Notes: a model not told the origin generated them from the letters alone. A stretch of 64,000 nt of DNA from an uncultured bacterium (GCA_963801165.1 CAWDDT010000006.1:224001-288000), one strand, 5' to 3'. Shown: positions 18,407 to 28,543, counted from the stretch's first letter. Program-made: numbers and translations.

Positions 18407-19315
18407 ATGGCAATCATCGTTGTTGGAAGCGTTGGTATCGATTTCGTCACGGTCTCCCGGCACCTGCCCCGGGTCGGGGAAACCGTTCTCACCACCCAGC
18501 CACTTCACATCGGACCCGGTGGGAAGGGGTTCAATCAGGCGGCCGGCGTCGCCCGGCTGGGCGGTGACGTGAGCTTTGCCACAAAGACAGGGAGCCGGAA
18601 CCTCGGCGAGCAGGCGCGCTCGTTTCTCGCCGCCGAGGGGTTGCTGGGACCATGGGTGAAGCGGTCTGAAGAGGACAACCAGGTGGCGTTGATCTTCGTC
18701 GACGAAGAAGGTCACAACATGATCTCGGTGGCCCCCGGTGCCTCTGCAGACCTGCACCCGGCCGACGTCGCCGGGCTCGACATTCATGAAGGTGACATCC
18801 TCTTGGCCCAACTCGAGATCCCGGTGCCGACCGTGACCGCCGCGGCGCAGCGCGCCAACGAAGCGGGCGCCACTGTCGTGCTCAACCCCGCACCCGCGGC
18901 GGCTCTCCCCGCCGAATTGTTGCAAGTTGTCGATATCGCCACCCCGAACGAAACCGAGCTGGCGATCCTCACCGGCATGCCGACCGACACCACCAACGAC
19001 GTGGTCACCGCCTGTGAGCGCCTCGTACAAATGGGCGTTGGCGAGGTGATCGCTACTCTCGGTAACAAGGGCTCGATCCACGTAACACGTACGGGCAGCA
19101 CCCGGTACCCGTCGCTGCTCGTCGATGCGGTCGACACCACCGGTGCGGGGGACGCGTTCAATGCGGCCCTGGTCGTGGGGCTGAGCCGGGGTTATCCACT
19201 CGGCCGCGCCATCGAGCTCGGCAACCATGCGGGGGCGTACTGCGTCACGCGACTCGGGGTGCTCGACGGGCTCGCCACCCAGGGGCAACTCGATGCGTTC
19301 GTTGCCGGGGCCTAG
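18407..19315 (+). CDS. rbsK: Ribokinase
   Basis: PGGKGFNQA, QLEIP, LNPAP, TPNETE, DTTGAGDAF. Confidence 0.92.
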   Translation: MAIIVVGSVGIDFVTVSRHLPRVGETVLTTQPLHIGPGGKGFNQAAGVARLGGDVSFATKTGSRNLGEQARSFLAAEGLLGPWVKRSEEDNQVALIFVDEEGHNMISVAPGASADLHPADVAGLDIHEGDILLAQLEIPVPTVTAAAQRANEAGATVVLNPAPAAALPAELLQVVDIATPNETELAILTGMPTDTTNDVVTACERLVQMGVGEVIATLGNKGSIHVTRTGSTRYPSLLVDAVDTTGAGDAFNAALVVGLSRGYPLGRAIELGNHAGAYCVTRLGVLDGLATQGQLDAFVAGA

Positions 19316-20682
19316 CTGTCCGCTCTGTGTAGAAACGCGGCCATCTCGCCCCGCGTTACCGGATCGTCCGGACAGAAGAGGTCGTTGACCGGCGGGTTGC
19401 ATCCCCTGGTGACACCGGCGGCGGCGATTGCCTCGATCGAGCCCTCGAACACCGACCCGTCATCGTCGCGGAACGAATCTCCTCCCGGAGTCCCGTAGCT
19501 GTAGGCACGGGCTAGGAAAGCCGCCATCTGACCGCGGCTAACCGGGTCGTCAGGGCAGAATTCATCGTTGTCGGGTGGATTGCACCCCCTGGTTATCCCG
19601 GCAGCCGCCAGCGATTCGATGGCGCCCTCGAAGATCGAGCCGTCATCGTCGCGGAACGAATCGGCGCCGCTCGACGGCAGGCTCAGCGCCCTCGTCAGAA
19701 ACGCAGCCATCTGTCCCCGGGTCACCGGGTCCTCAGGGCAGAAGAGGTCGTTGCCCGGTGGGTTGCATCCCTGGGTGATCCCGCTGTCCGCCAGCCAGAC
19801 GATGTCGCTCTCGAAGACGGAGCCATCGTCATCCCGGAACGGTGGAACGAAGTAGCCACCGTCATCGCAACCGATCCGGTCCCAGCCCAGTGCCAGCGAG
19901 TCGAAATCGATCTCGTTGTCGACGGGGGACGCGTCCGCACCGCCGTAATAGACGTCGAACCAGAAGCTCTTGATGTCGATATCGTCCTCACCGCTGCGCC
20001 TGAACGCGATGTCGTCCTTGGCGAAAGCGGCGGAACCGTCCACCCAGCCCTCCAGCACCCCGTCGTGCACCCCGGGCGTGTTCAGCTTGACGTGACCTTC
20101 GACGCAATACCAGGGGCCGTGGTCGAGGGTGGCAACGTCGGGGTCCCATGTCCAGATGTCGCCTCGCGTCGGTGGGCTGTCCAGGTGATAGACGTAGAAG
20201 CCGATGAGCGTCTTGTCGTCCGGGCCGTCGGGATAGCCTGGTTGTCCCGCGCTCGGATAGGTTCGCGAAAAGAGCATGCGTGCCGACCAGCACGGCTCCT
20301 CCGGCGTCGAGGGCCGGCCCCCGAGACAGTTGTAGTTGTAGAGGCCACCGACACCCGGTAGCTTCCCCCGGCTCGGCGACTCGATGTAGAAGCCCTCCGG
20401 GAATCGGACCCAGTAGCGCCACCACAGCTCCTCGGGATCGGCCATCCCGTGATCCGAGAAGTACCAGTGACCGCTGCTTCCCCAATGCTCCCCTGCCGGA
20501 ATGAGCGACTGGAGACCGGCGCCGGCGTGCCCGTTGCTGAGCGATTCCATTCCCCATGCTCCGGAGGAGAACACGTCGGTCCCGGACTCGAACGTCTCGT
20601 CGAGGACCACGCTGCTGGCGGCACTCGCCGCTGTACCCGCGGCCAGAGACAGCACAACCACCAGAATCACCAACCGCCGCAT
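19312..20682 (-). CDS. Secreted polysaccharide lyase (PL14-like) with three C-terminal SLH-like repeats
   Basis: Signal peptide, GKLPG, SARM, YVYH, KLNTPGVHDGVLEGWVDG, 3x GCNPP..TRG[QE]MAAFL. Confidence 0.7.
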   Translation of the reverse strand: MRRLVILVVVLSLAAGTAASAASSVVLDETFESGTDVFSSGAWGMESLSNGHAGAGLQSLIPAGEHWGSSGHWYFSDHGMADPEELWWRYWVRFPEGFYIESPSRGKLPGVGGLYNYNCLGGRPSTPEEPCWSARMLFSRTYPSAGQPGYPDGPDDKTLIGFYVYHLDSPPTRGDIWTWDPDVATLDHGPWYCVEGHVKLNTPGVHDGVLEGWVDGSAAFAKDDIAFRRSGEDDIDIKSFWFDVYYGGADASPVDNEIDFDSLALGWDRIGCDDGGYFVPPFRDDDGSVFESDIVWLADSGITQGCNPPGNDLFCPEDPVTRGQMAAFLTRALSLPSSGADSFRDDDGSIFEGAIESLAAAGITRGCNPPDNDEFCPDDPVSRGQMAAFLARAYSYGTPGGDSFRDDDGSVFEGSIEAIAAAGVTRGCNPPVNDLFCPDDPVTRGEMAAFLHRADS

Positions 20683-20838
20683 TGCGCTCCCCCCTCGGGT
20701 CTCGGTGCCTGCAATCGTAGCCCGCAGCGGACGAGCGCCATTTGACCGGCTGTTGCAGCCCACGGACAAACCGGGAGTTACAAACGTGTAATTGATCCGC
20801 CCGGCCCATTCAGGGAGGACGTCGACCTGCCGAAGCTT

Positions 20839-21432
20839 ATGGGTACGCTCTGGAAGGACCATGTGGATCGCTTCGAACGGCTTCTCACCGCCCTCGATCC
20901 CGAGCTCGCCGCACACTGCGGTAGGGCGGGAGCAATAGCTACCGAGGTAGCCTCGTTCATGGGGCTGCCATCCGAGCGTATTGACCTTCTCGATACCGGT
21001 GCTCGTCTCCACGATATCGGGAAGATCTTCATCTCCAGGGCTATCCTCGACAAGCCGGGCCCCCTCGACGACGCCGAGTGGTCGGAATTGCGCAGGCATC
21101 CGCTGATGGGCTACGAACTGGTCCGCGACGAGGTCCAGGATCGGATCGCTGAGATCGTCCTGACCCATCACGAGCGCTTCGACGGCACCGGCTACCCGCG
21201 GGGTCTAGCCGGCCACGCGACCCCGATCGAGGCGCGGATTCTGCAGGCCGCGGACGCCATCGACGCCATCACGACCGAACGCCCCTACCAACCTGCGCTG
21301 CCGCTGCGATATGCGCTCAACGAGCTCATCCGCTGCGCCGGATCGCAGTTCGACCCTGTCGTCGTCGAAGCCGTCGTCGAACTCGACCAACGCGACAACT
21401 GGGAAGCGATCTCCGACCCGATTGCCGTGTAG
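20839..21432 (+). CDS. Stand-alone HD-GYP domain phosphodiesterase
   Basis: LHDIGK, HHERFDGTGYPRGL, ADAIDAITTERPY. Confidence 0.93.
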   Translation: MGTLWKDHVDRFERLLTALDPELAAHCGRAGAIATEVASFMGLPSERIDLLDTGARLHDIGKIFISRAILDKPGPLDDAEWSELRRHPLMGYELVRDEVQDRIAEIVLTHHERFDGTGYPRGLAGHATPIEARILQAADAIDAITTERPYQPALPLRYALNELIRCAGSQFDPVVVEAVVELDQRDNWEAISDPIAV

Positions 21433-21506
21433 CGGCTCAGCACACTCCCTTTTCCCTGGGCGCTCCGGCACCCCCAACCCGGGCCGTCCGTCGCATGCCC
21501 CGAGCC

Positions 21507-22649
21507 TCAACGAACCGGAAGACCCAGGCTCCGGCTGATCAGAATGCGCTGCACCTCGGACGTGCCCTCACCGATCTCCAGGACTTTGGCATCGCGATAG
21601 AAACGGGCGACCGGAGAGGTCTCCATGAACCCCGCCCCGCCGTGGATCTGGGTAGCTATACGGGACGCGGCAACTGCGGCTTCGCTCGAGTACAGCTTGG
21701 CCACGGCGGCGGCCTGTCTGATCGGTCTTCCCTCGTCCCGCAACGCGGCCGCCCGGTAGGTGAGAAGCCGTGCCGCCTCCACCATCACTTTGAGATCAGC
21801 GCATTGAAACGCCACCCCCTGGTTCGAGCCGATGGGCAACCCGAAGGTGTGACGTGTCTTGGCGTACTCGACCGACTCCTCGAGACACGCTTGGGCCAAA
21901 CCGACCGCCAGCGCGGAAATGGCGATGCGACCGTCGTCAAGCGTCGCCAGAAACTGCGGGAAGCCCTGCCCCCTGGAACCGAGCAGATTGTCCTCGGGCA
22001 CCCGACAATCGGTGAACACCAAACCACGGGTGTCCGACCCGTGCCACCCCATCTTGCGGTAGGCCGGCTCGACGATGAAGCCATCCGTTCCGGTGGGAAC
22101 GATGAGGGCCGAGATCTCCTCGGAACCGGTTCTGGCCGTGATCGTCACGAGTGATGTGATCGGAGTCCCGGCATTTGTGATGAACGCCTTCGATCCATCG
22201 ATTATCCAGGCACCGTCCTCCAGCCGGGCTCTAGTACGGGTCGCACCGGCGTCCGAACCCGCCTCGGCTTCGGTCAGGCCGAACCCGGCGAGCGATCGCC
22301 CGCTCATCAGATCCGGCAGATACCTCTCTTGTTGCGCCGCAGAGCCAAACCGGAAGATGGGATTGATCCCGAGACCCACGGCCGCCTCGAGAGTGATCCC
22401 CATCGATTGGTCGACCCTCCCGATTTCCTCGATGGCGACACACAACGAGGTGAAGTCTCCTCCCATACCCCCCACTTCCTCAGGAAAGGGAAGCGCAAAG
22501 AGCCCCAGGTCGCCCATCTTGTGCATGAGCTCGACCGGGAACGGTGCGTCGTATTCCCAACCCGCCGCCAGCGGCGCAACCTCCTGCTCGGCGAACTCGC
22601 GGACTACCTTCCGGAACGCCTCATGCTCTTCACTCAGCTCAAACTGCAT
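21507..22649 (-). CDS. Acyl-CoA dehydrogenase
   Basis: FGLTEAEAGSDAG, GSKAFITN, QIHGGAG, EIGEGTSEVQR. Confidence 0.95.
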   Translation of the reverse strand: MQFELSEEHEAFRKVVREFAEQEVAPLAAGWEYDAPFPVELMHKMGDLGLFALPFPEEVGGMGGDFTSLCVAIEEIGRVDQSMGITLEAAVGLGINPIFRFGSAAQQERYLPDLMSGRSLAGFGLTEAEAGSDAGATRTRARLEDGAWIIDGSKAFITNAGTPITSLVTITARTGSEEISALIVPTGTDGFIVEPAYRKMGWHGSDTRGLVFTDCRVPEDNLLGSRGQGFPQFLATLDDGRIAISALAVGLAQACLEESVEYAKTRHTFGLPIGSNQGVAFQCADLKVMVEAARLLTYRAAALRDEGRPIRQAAAVAKLYSSEAAVAASRIATQIHGGAGFMETSPVARFYRDAKVLEIGEGTSEVQRILISRSLGLPVR

Positions 22650-23265
22650 TCATACCTTCTCCCCCGGCCCGCGCCGGAAAGATCCCGCGCCGCCTCAGCA
22701 GATCCACTACCGGTTCCAGGGGAAGCCCGATGACCGTCGACCGCAGACCGGCGACCCGGGTCACGAAGCCTCTCCCCTTGCCCTGGAGAGCATACGCACC
22801 GGCCTTGTCGAGTGGCTCGCCGGTGGCGGCGTACGATTCAGCCTCGTCCTGCGTGACCGCACGCATCGTTACACGCGAGGCTTCGATCCCGATCTCGGCC
22901 TCGTCGCTGCCGGCGATCGTGAGACAGAACCCGGTGTAGACCGTGTGGGTGCGCCCCGCCAGCGTGAGGAGCATGGCCGCCGCCTCGGCCTCATCGGCGG
23001 GTTTGCCGAGCACCGCTCGGTCGAGAACGACGCTCGTGTCGAAGCCTATGACGCAAGTGCCAAACGGCTGCCCGGCCGCAACCACGGCAGCCTTCTCTCC
23101 GGCCAGCCGCACCACCAGCTCCTCCGGTGGCTCGCCGGGACGCCGCAGCTCGGTGATATCAGGCGCGACTACCTCGAACTCATACCCGGCCATGCTCAGC
23201 AGAAGACGTCTGCGCGGTGAGCCGCTGGCCAGGACCAGCGGCGGAACGTTTCTCTCGATTGCCAT
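22639..23265 (-). CDS. maf: Maf family nucleoside triphosphate pyrophosphatase
   Basis: LVLASGSPRR, DTSV, LGKP, DKAGAYALQG, VIGLP. Confidence 0.93.
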   Translation of the reverse strand: MAIERNVPPLVLASGSPRRRLLLSMAGYEFEVVAPDITELRRPGEPPEELVVRLAGEKAAVVAAGQPFGTCVIGFDTSVVLDRAVLGKPADEAEAAAMLLTLAGRTHTVYTGFCLTIAGSDEAEIGIEASRVTMRAVTQDEAESYAATGEPLDKAGAYALQGKGRGFVTRVAGLRSTVIGLPLEPVVDLLRRRGIFPARAGGEGMNAV

Positions 23266-23356
23266 TGGGAGCAACGCTAGCTTCCCGGCGAACATCTACG
23301 ATACGGCGGGAACTCCGGGGCGCCCCGCGTGACGGAGATAGGTCCCGGGAGGAAAG

Positions 23357-24211
23357 ATGCGCTGGCGCAATCTCGAACGCAGCACGAATGTCGAAGACCG
23401 GCGGGGCCGCACCGCCAGGGTGGCGGGTGGGGTCGGTGGTCTCGGGCTCATCGGCGTGGTCCTCGTCCTGCTATTTGGTGGCGGCGGCGGGAACGTCGGA
23501 GACCTGCTCAACCAGCTCAACTCGTCCCACACGACCCCCGGCCAGCAAGACGCCGGCCAGATCCAAGCCGGCGACGACGCCGGTGCGTTCGTCCAAGCCG
23601 TGCTGGGGACCACGGAGACTCTATGGACCGATGTGTTCGCCGCCGCCGGCCAGACGTACCAACCCGCTGAGCTGGTGCTATTCAGCGGAGCCACCGAGTC
23701 CGGTTGCGGTGGTGCCAACTCGGCCACCGGCCCGCACTACTGCCCGATCGACAAGACGGTCTATATCGACCTGGACTTCTTCGACGAGCTGAGACAACGG
23801 TTTGGAGCAACCGGCGGCGATTTTGCCGAGGGGTACGTGATAGCCCACGAGATCGGCCATCACGTCCAGGATGAGCTCGGGGTCATGGACGACGTTCGCT
23901 CGCTGCAGGAATCCCATCCCGAGGACGCCAATGACTACTCGGTGCGCCTCGAGCTCCAGGCAGACTGTCTCGCCGGTGTCTGGGCGAACTCCATCTACCA
24001 GCGGGAGGACGTGCTCGAGCCGGGCGATGTTCAGGAAGCCCTCAACGCCGCCGCCTCCGTCGGGGACGATCGCATCCAGCAAACCACGACCGGGCGGGTC
24101 AACCCGGAGACGTTCACCCACGGCACGTCCGAGCAGCGGGTGCACTGGTTCAACGCCGGCTACGAGTCCGGTGACGCAACCGCCTGCGACACCTTCAACA
24201 CAGATATCTGA
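23357..24211 (+). CDS. YpfJ-like neutral zinc metallopeptidase
   Basis: STNVEDRRG, GPHYCP, VIAHEIGHHVQ, ELQADC, THGTSEQR. Confidence 0.93.
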   Translation: MRWRNLERSTNVEDRRGRTARVAGGVGGLGLIGVVLVLLFGGGGGNVGDLLNQLNSSHTTPGQQDAGQIQAGDDAGAFVQAVLGTTETLWTDVFAAAGQTYQPAELVLFSGATESGCGGANSATGPHYCPIDKTVYIDLDFFDELRQRFGATGGDFAEGYVIAHEIGHHVQDELGVMDDVRSLQESHPEDANDYSVRLELQADCLAGVWANSIYQREDVLEPGDVQEALNAAASVGDDRIQQTTTGRVNPETFTHGTSEQRVHWFNAGYESGDATACDTFNTDI

Positions 24212-24216
24212 GCCCC

Positions 24217-25404
24217 CTACTCGAACGCGGGAATGCCCGTTATTGCCTGGCCCAGGATGAGAGTGTGGATCTCGTTGGTTCCCTCGTAGGTAAACACGGA
24301 TTCCAGGTTGTTCATGTGGCGGATGACCGGATATTCGAGGGTGATCCCGTTGGCGCCGAGCACTGAGCGTGCCTCGCGAGCGACGTCTAGCGCCATCCGC
24401 ACGTTGTCCATCTTGCCGAAAGAGATGTCTTCCACCCCGGCACGGCCCTCGTCCTTCATTCTGCCGATGTGGAGAGCGAGGATCATTCCGCGATTGACCG
24501 CAACCATCATCTCGACCAGCTTGCGCTGGGTCAGCTGGAACGCGGCGATGGGCTTGCCGAATTGCTTGCGCTCGGCGGCATAATCGAGCGCCGCCTCGTA
24601 GCAGGCCCGGGCCGCCCCAACCGCACCAAAGAGGATCCCGAACCGCGCCTCGTTAAGACACGCCAACGGTCCCTTGAGGCCGACGACCTCGGGAAGCACG
24701 GCATCGGCAGGCAGCCGCACGTCGTCGATGACCAGTTCCGAGGTCACCGAGGCGCGCAAGGAGAGCTTCTTGTGCACGTCGTTTGTCGAGAACCCGCGCG
24801 TCCCCTTGGGGACGATGAACCCCCGGATCCCCTCGTCCGTCCGAGCCCAGACGATGGCGACATCGGCGATCCCCCCGTTGGTGATCCACATTTTGGTGCC
24901 GTTTAGTACCCAGTCCGTGCCGTCCCTACGCGCATGGGTCTTCATCCCCCCGGGATCGCTGCCGGCGTCGGGCTCGGTCAGACCGAAACAGCCGATGATC
25001 TCCCCCGCTGCCATCGCCGGCAGCCACTGCTGCTTCTGCTCCTCGGAGCCGAAGGCCCAGATGGGGAACATCGAGAGTGATCCCTGCACCGAAACAAAGC
25101 TGCGTGCACCCGAGTCTCCCGCCTCGAGCTCGGTGCAGGCGAGACCGTATTGGACCGCCGAGGTACCGGCACATTCGTAGCCGTCGAGATGCATGCCGAG
25201 CAGACCGAGAGCACCCATCTCCTTGGCCAGCTCCTTCGGAAAGTACCCCTCCTCGAACCAGTCGGCAACGTACGGCAGCACCCGGTCACCGACCCATTCC
25301 CGGACCGTATCCCGCAGCAGCCTGTCCTCGTCGTCGAGAAGGGCGTCGACGTTGAGGAAATCACGGGGATTCGGGTTCCGCGGGCCAACAACACCTGCGC
25401 TCAT
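24217..25404 (-). CDS. Glutaryl-CoA dehydrogenase-like acyl-CoA dehydrogenase
   Basis: SVQGSL, GCFGLTEPDAGSDP, SLRASVT, LGANGI, NLESVFTYEGT. Confidence 0.92.
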   Translation of the reverse strand: MSAGVVGPRNPNPRDFLNVDALLDDEDRLLRDTVREWVGDRVLPYVADWFEEGYFPKELAKEMGALGLLGMHLDGYECAGTSAVQYGLACTELEAGDSGARSFVSVQGSLSMFPIWAFGSEEQKQQWLPAMAAGEIIGCFGLTEPDAGSDPGGMKTHARRDGTDWVLNGTKMWITNGGIADVAIVWARTDEGIRGFIVPKGTRGFSTNDVHKKLSLRASVTSELVIDDVRLPADAVLPEVVGLKGPLACLNEARFGILFGAVGAARACYEAALDYAAERKQFGKPIAAFQLTQRKLVEMMVAVNRGMILALHIGRMKDEGRAGVEDISFGKMDNVRMALDVAREARSVLGANGITLEYPVIRHMNNLESVFTYEGTNEIHTLILGQAITGIPAFE

Positions 25405-25505
25405 TACTTCTCCTGTCTCGGTGTGCCCACAATGCTACGCACTCCCCACGACACCGGATGGTCATCACCGCCGATGGGCCGTGCCGGCCGCTATCGTCCC
25501 CCGCG

Positions 25506-26522
25506 ATGCCGGAACTCCCACCCCGCCTCCCGCTTGCCATCCTTCCCACACCGCTCGAGCCCGCCGGGCGGCTGAGTGAGGCATGGGGAGGCCCCCGCAT
25601 CTGGGTTAAACGCGACGACCTCACCGGGTTCGGCCTCTCCGGCAACAAGGTCCGTAAGCTCGAGTTTCATTTTGCCGCGGCGCACAACGCCGGCGCCGAC
25701 ACGGTGATCACCTGCGGAGCGATCCAGTCCAACCACGCGAGGGCGACGGCGCTCGCCGCCGCCCGCGTCGGGCTGCGCTCGATCCTCCTACTGCGCCACA
25801 AGCCCGGTCTTACGCCCCGGTTGGAGGGAAACCTCCTCCTCGACGCCCTCGCCGGCGCGCGGATCCGTTTCATCACTCCCGAGCAGTGGCCACACCGTGA
25901 CGCGCTGATGGCTGAGGAGGCGGAGCGCCAGCTGGCCTCCGGTCATCGGAGCTGGGTTATTCCGGAGGGTGCGTCGGACTCCATCGGGATGTGGGGCTTT
26001 GTCCTGGCCATGCGGGAGTTGGCCGACCAGATGACCCGCATCGAGGGACGGCCGGCCGTGCTGTGGCACGCGGCTTCGTCCGGCGGCACAACCGCCGGGA
26101 TCGCCTGGGGAGCCGATCGCCTCAACCTGGCGAACCCAATCGTGGCCTGCTCGATCGGAGATCCGGCGCACGAGATCGAAACCAAAGTTCAATCGATCTG
26201 GCGGGAGGCCGCCTCATCGCTCGGTGCGCCGGTTCCCACCATCTCGGTCGAGTACGACGACAAGCACATCGGCGGTGGGTACGGGGTAGTCAAAGATGAC
26301 GACCTCGCCGTACAGGCCGAGGCGACTGCGCTCACCGGCCTGGTCCTCGACCCCACCTACACGGGAAAGGCTCTCACCGGCCTGAGACGCGAGATCGCGG
26401 CGGGGCGGTTCACCCGGGACGACAACATAGTCTTCTGGCACACCGGCGGCGGGTTCGCCGTGTTCGCCCACGACTTCAGTCGAACAGTCTCTGTTGGGGA
26501 TCCGGTCGAACCACCCGCTTGA
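25506..26522 (+). CDS. D-cysteine desulfhydrase / ACC deaminase family PLP enzyme
   Basis: KRDDLTG...SGNKVRKLEF, QSNHAR, LDPTYTGKA, FWHTGG. Confidence 0.92.
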   Translation: MPELPPRLPLAILPTPLEPAGRLSEAWGGPRIWVKRDDLTGFGLSGNKVRKLEFHFAAAHNAGADTVITCGAIQSNHARATALAAARVGLRSILLLRHKPGLTPRLEGNLLLDALAGARIRFITPEQWPHRDALMAEEAERQLASGHRSWVIPEGASDSIGMWGFVLAMRELADQMTRIEGRPAVLWHAASSGGTTAGIAWGADRLNLANPIVACSIGDPAHEIETKVQSIWREAASSLGAPVPTISVEYDDKHIGGGYGVVKDDDLAVQAEATALTGLVLDPTYTGKALTGLRREIAAGRFTRDDNIVFWHTGGGFAVFAHDFSRTVSVGDPVEPPA

Positions 26523-27177
26523 TACCGCTCCAGGGAAGGTAGTCCATGAACACCCAGGAGCGGCGATGGATCGTCGACGGCCCGTACCAGTGAAGAGCTG
26601 CCTTGTGCGCCGGTCCGGGATAGCCCTTGTTGCCATCGAAACGGTACGGCGGGAACTCGTCCGCCATACCGCGCATGATCCGATCGCGGCTCACCTTGGC
26701 CAGAATCGACGCGGTCGCGATGGAGAGCGAGCGGGCATCGCCCTTGACGAGCAGATCGGCTTCACCGTCGAGTACGAAATCCCAGTTGCCGTCGAGCAGC
26801 ACATGATCGAAGTCGACTCCCAGCGATGCGAGCGCACGCTCGGCCGCCAACGAGAGTGCCTCCGACATCCCCAGCTCGTCACATTCGCGATGCGAGGCAT
26901 GCCCCACCGACCAGGCTACGCACCAGTCGGCGAGCCGGTCGAACATGCCCTCTCGCTCGGCCTCGGTCAGCATCTTGGAGTCCCGTACCTTGTAGACACG
27001 GCGTCGTTTGGGGATCACCGCCGCACCGACGCTCACCGGGCCTGCCCAGGCGCCGCGACCCACCTCGTCCATGCCCACCACCACATGCTTGCCGGCGTCC
27101 CACAGTTCGCGCTCGTACAGAAGCGAGGGTGACTTGCCCCGCAGACCGGGACGGAGCTTGGGGACGGAGGTGGTCAT
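26476..27177 (-). CDS. rnhB: Ribonuclease HII
   Basis: GMDEVGRGAWAGPV, DSK, KGDA...ASILAKV.RD, NKGYP, IHRRS. Confidence 0.95.
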   Translation of the reverse strand: MTTSVPKLRPGLRGKSPSLLYERELWDAGKHVVVGMDEVGRGAWAGPVSVGAAVIPKRRRVYKVRDSKMLTEAEREGMFDRLADWCVAWSVGHASHRECDELGMSEALSLAAERALASLGVDFDHVLLDGNWDFVLDGEADLLVKGDARSLSIATASILAKVSRDRIMRGMADEFPPYRFDGNKGYPGPAHKAALHWYGPSTIHRRSWVFMDYLPWSGIKRVVRPDPQQRLFD

Positions 27178-27178
27178 A

Positions 27179-27718
27179 TCAATTCAGCGTGAGGTCTTCG
27201 GGGAACTGAGCGTACAGGCTGACACGGCCGGGCTGGCGACGCAACACCCGTGACCATAGGTCCGCAGGGTCACCGAATACGTCATCCGAGGTTGCCTCCA
27301 CGATGAACCACGAATCGACGGCGAGCTCGACCTCGAGCTGCCCGGCGCCCCATCCCGAGTAGCCGGAGAACACCCTTATCCGGTCCGGTTGCCGCTCGGC
27401 GTCTGGTGGATCGCTCAGATCGACGAAGCCGATTCCCATTGGTTTTACCACATCGAGCACGCCCTCGCCGAACTCGCCGACACCGATCGCGATCTCGTTG
27501 CTTACTGGACCGCCGACAAACACGACGTCGGGGGCGGAGATCAGATCCTGCCACGCCGGCAAGTGCTGGCTCGCCGACTCGTCGGTGGGACGGTTCAGGA
27601 CGGTACCGACGGCACCGTCGCCCCCGTGCTCGAATACAAACACGACGGTCCGGTAGAAGTTGGGGTCCTGGAGCAGCGGACTGGCCACGAGCAGCCTTCC
27701 GCTGAATGATTCCGCCAT
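27179..27718 (-). CDS. YqgE/AlgH family protein
   Basis: LLVASP..DPNFYRTV, LNRP, GGPV, GYSGWGAGQLE, LTLN end. Confidence 0.93.
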   Translation of the reverse strand: MAESFSGRLLVASPLLQDPNFYRTVVFVFEHGGDGAVGTVLNRPTDESASQHLPAWQDLISAPDVVFVGGPVSNEIAIGVGEFGEGVLDVVKPMGIGFVDLSDPPDAERQPDRIRVFSGYSGWGAGQLEVELAVDSWFIVEATSDDVFGDPADLWSRVLRRQPGRVSLYAQFPEDLTLN

Positions 27719-27721
27719 ACA

Positions 27722-27816
27722 ATCGCTTCCGTTCCCCCCGATCGCTTCCGTTCCCCCCGATCGCTTCCGTTCCCCCCGATCGCTTCCGTTCCCCCCGACC
27801 GCTTCCGTTCCCCCCG
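27722..27816. repeat. 19-bp tandem repeat ATCGCTTCCGTTCCCCCCG x5
   Basis: Four exact copies plus one with T>C. No spacers. Confidence 0.95.
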
Positions 27817-27876
27817 ACCCTACATCGCCTCGCCGCGATTCCGTCCGTTATCCTCGGTAGTGAGGAGGTGGCACCT

Positions 27877-28506
27877 ATGTACCTGACCAGCCCGAGCATT
27901 TCGGAAGACGCCCCGGTTCCCGGGGAGTATGCGTTTTGCGTACCCGACCCCGACAGCCACGCCACATTCGCCCCGAACCGCAACCCCGAGATCTCCTGGC
28001 ACGATGCCCCCGGCGAGAGCCTCTCGTTCGCCTTGATTTGCCACGACCCCGATGTGCCGACCCGTCCCGACGATGTCAACCAGGAAGGGCGCGAGGTACC
28101 GAGCGACCTTCCCCGCACCGATTTCTTTCATTGGGTGGTCGCCGACATTCCTGCCGACGTGACCTCCATCGCCGCCGGCTCCTTTGCCGACGGTGTAATT
28201 CCGCGCGGCAAGGACGCTACCGCAATTCCGTTCCCGTGCAGGATCGGCAGCAACGACTACACCGGCTGGTTTGCGGGAGATCCGGACATGGAGGGTCGCT
28301 ACTTCGGCTACGACGGCCCCTGCCCGCCCTGGAACGACAGCCTGGTGCATCACTATGTCTTCACCGTGTCCGCTCTCGACGTGGCCACCTTGGCCCTCCC
28401 CGAGGTCTTCACCGGTGCCGACCTCAGGCAAGCGCTCGCAGGGCACGTGCTCGCGAGCGCGGCGATCACCGCTACCTACACCCTCAATCCCCGCCTTTTC
28501 GGATAG
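27877..28506 (+). CDS. YbhB/YbcL family PEBP (Raf kinase inhibitor-like) protein
   Basis: HDPDVP, FFHWVV, GYDGPCPPWND..HHY. GAGGAGG Shine-Dalgarno. Confidence 0.92.
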   Translation: MYLTSPSISEDAPVPGEYAFCVPDPDSHATFAPNRNPEISWHDAPGESLSFALICHDPDVPTRPDDVNQEGREVPSDLPRTDFFHWVVADIPADVTSIAAGSFADGVIPRGKDATAIPFPCRIGSNDYTGWFAGDPDMEGRYFGYDGPCPPWNDSLVHHYVFTVSALDVATLALPEVFTGADLRQALAGHVLASAAITATYTLNPRLFG

Positions 28507-28543
28507 TGGGAGCCCCGACGTCGGCGGCTAGCCTGGTAATTTC

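Noticed and set aside
17135-19402. 755-aa ORF as a single gene
   Set aside because: The part above 18307 is the antisense shadow of ribokinase
27722-27816. Possible CRISPR array
   Set aside because: Repeats are head-to-tail with no spacers and there are no cas genes. It is a VNTR
27706-27876. Repetitive N-terminal extension of YbhB in the ORF track
   Set aside because: It is just translation through the VNTR. A strong Shine-Dalgarno supports the ATG at 27877
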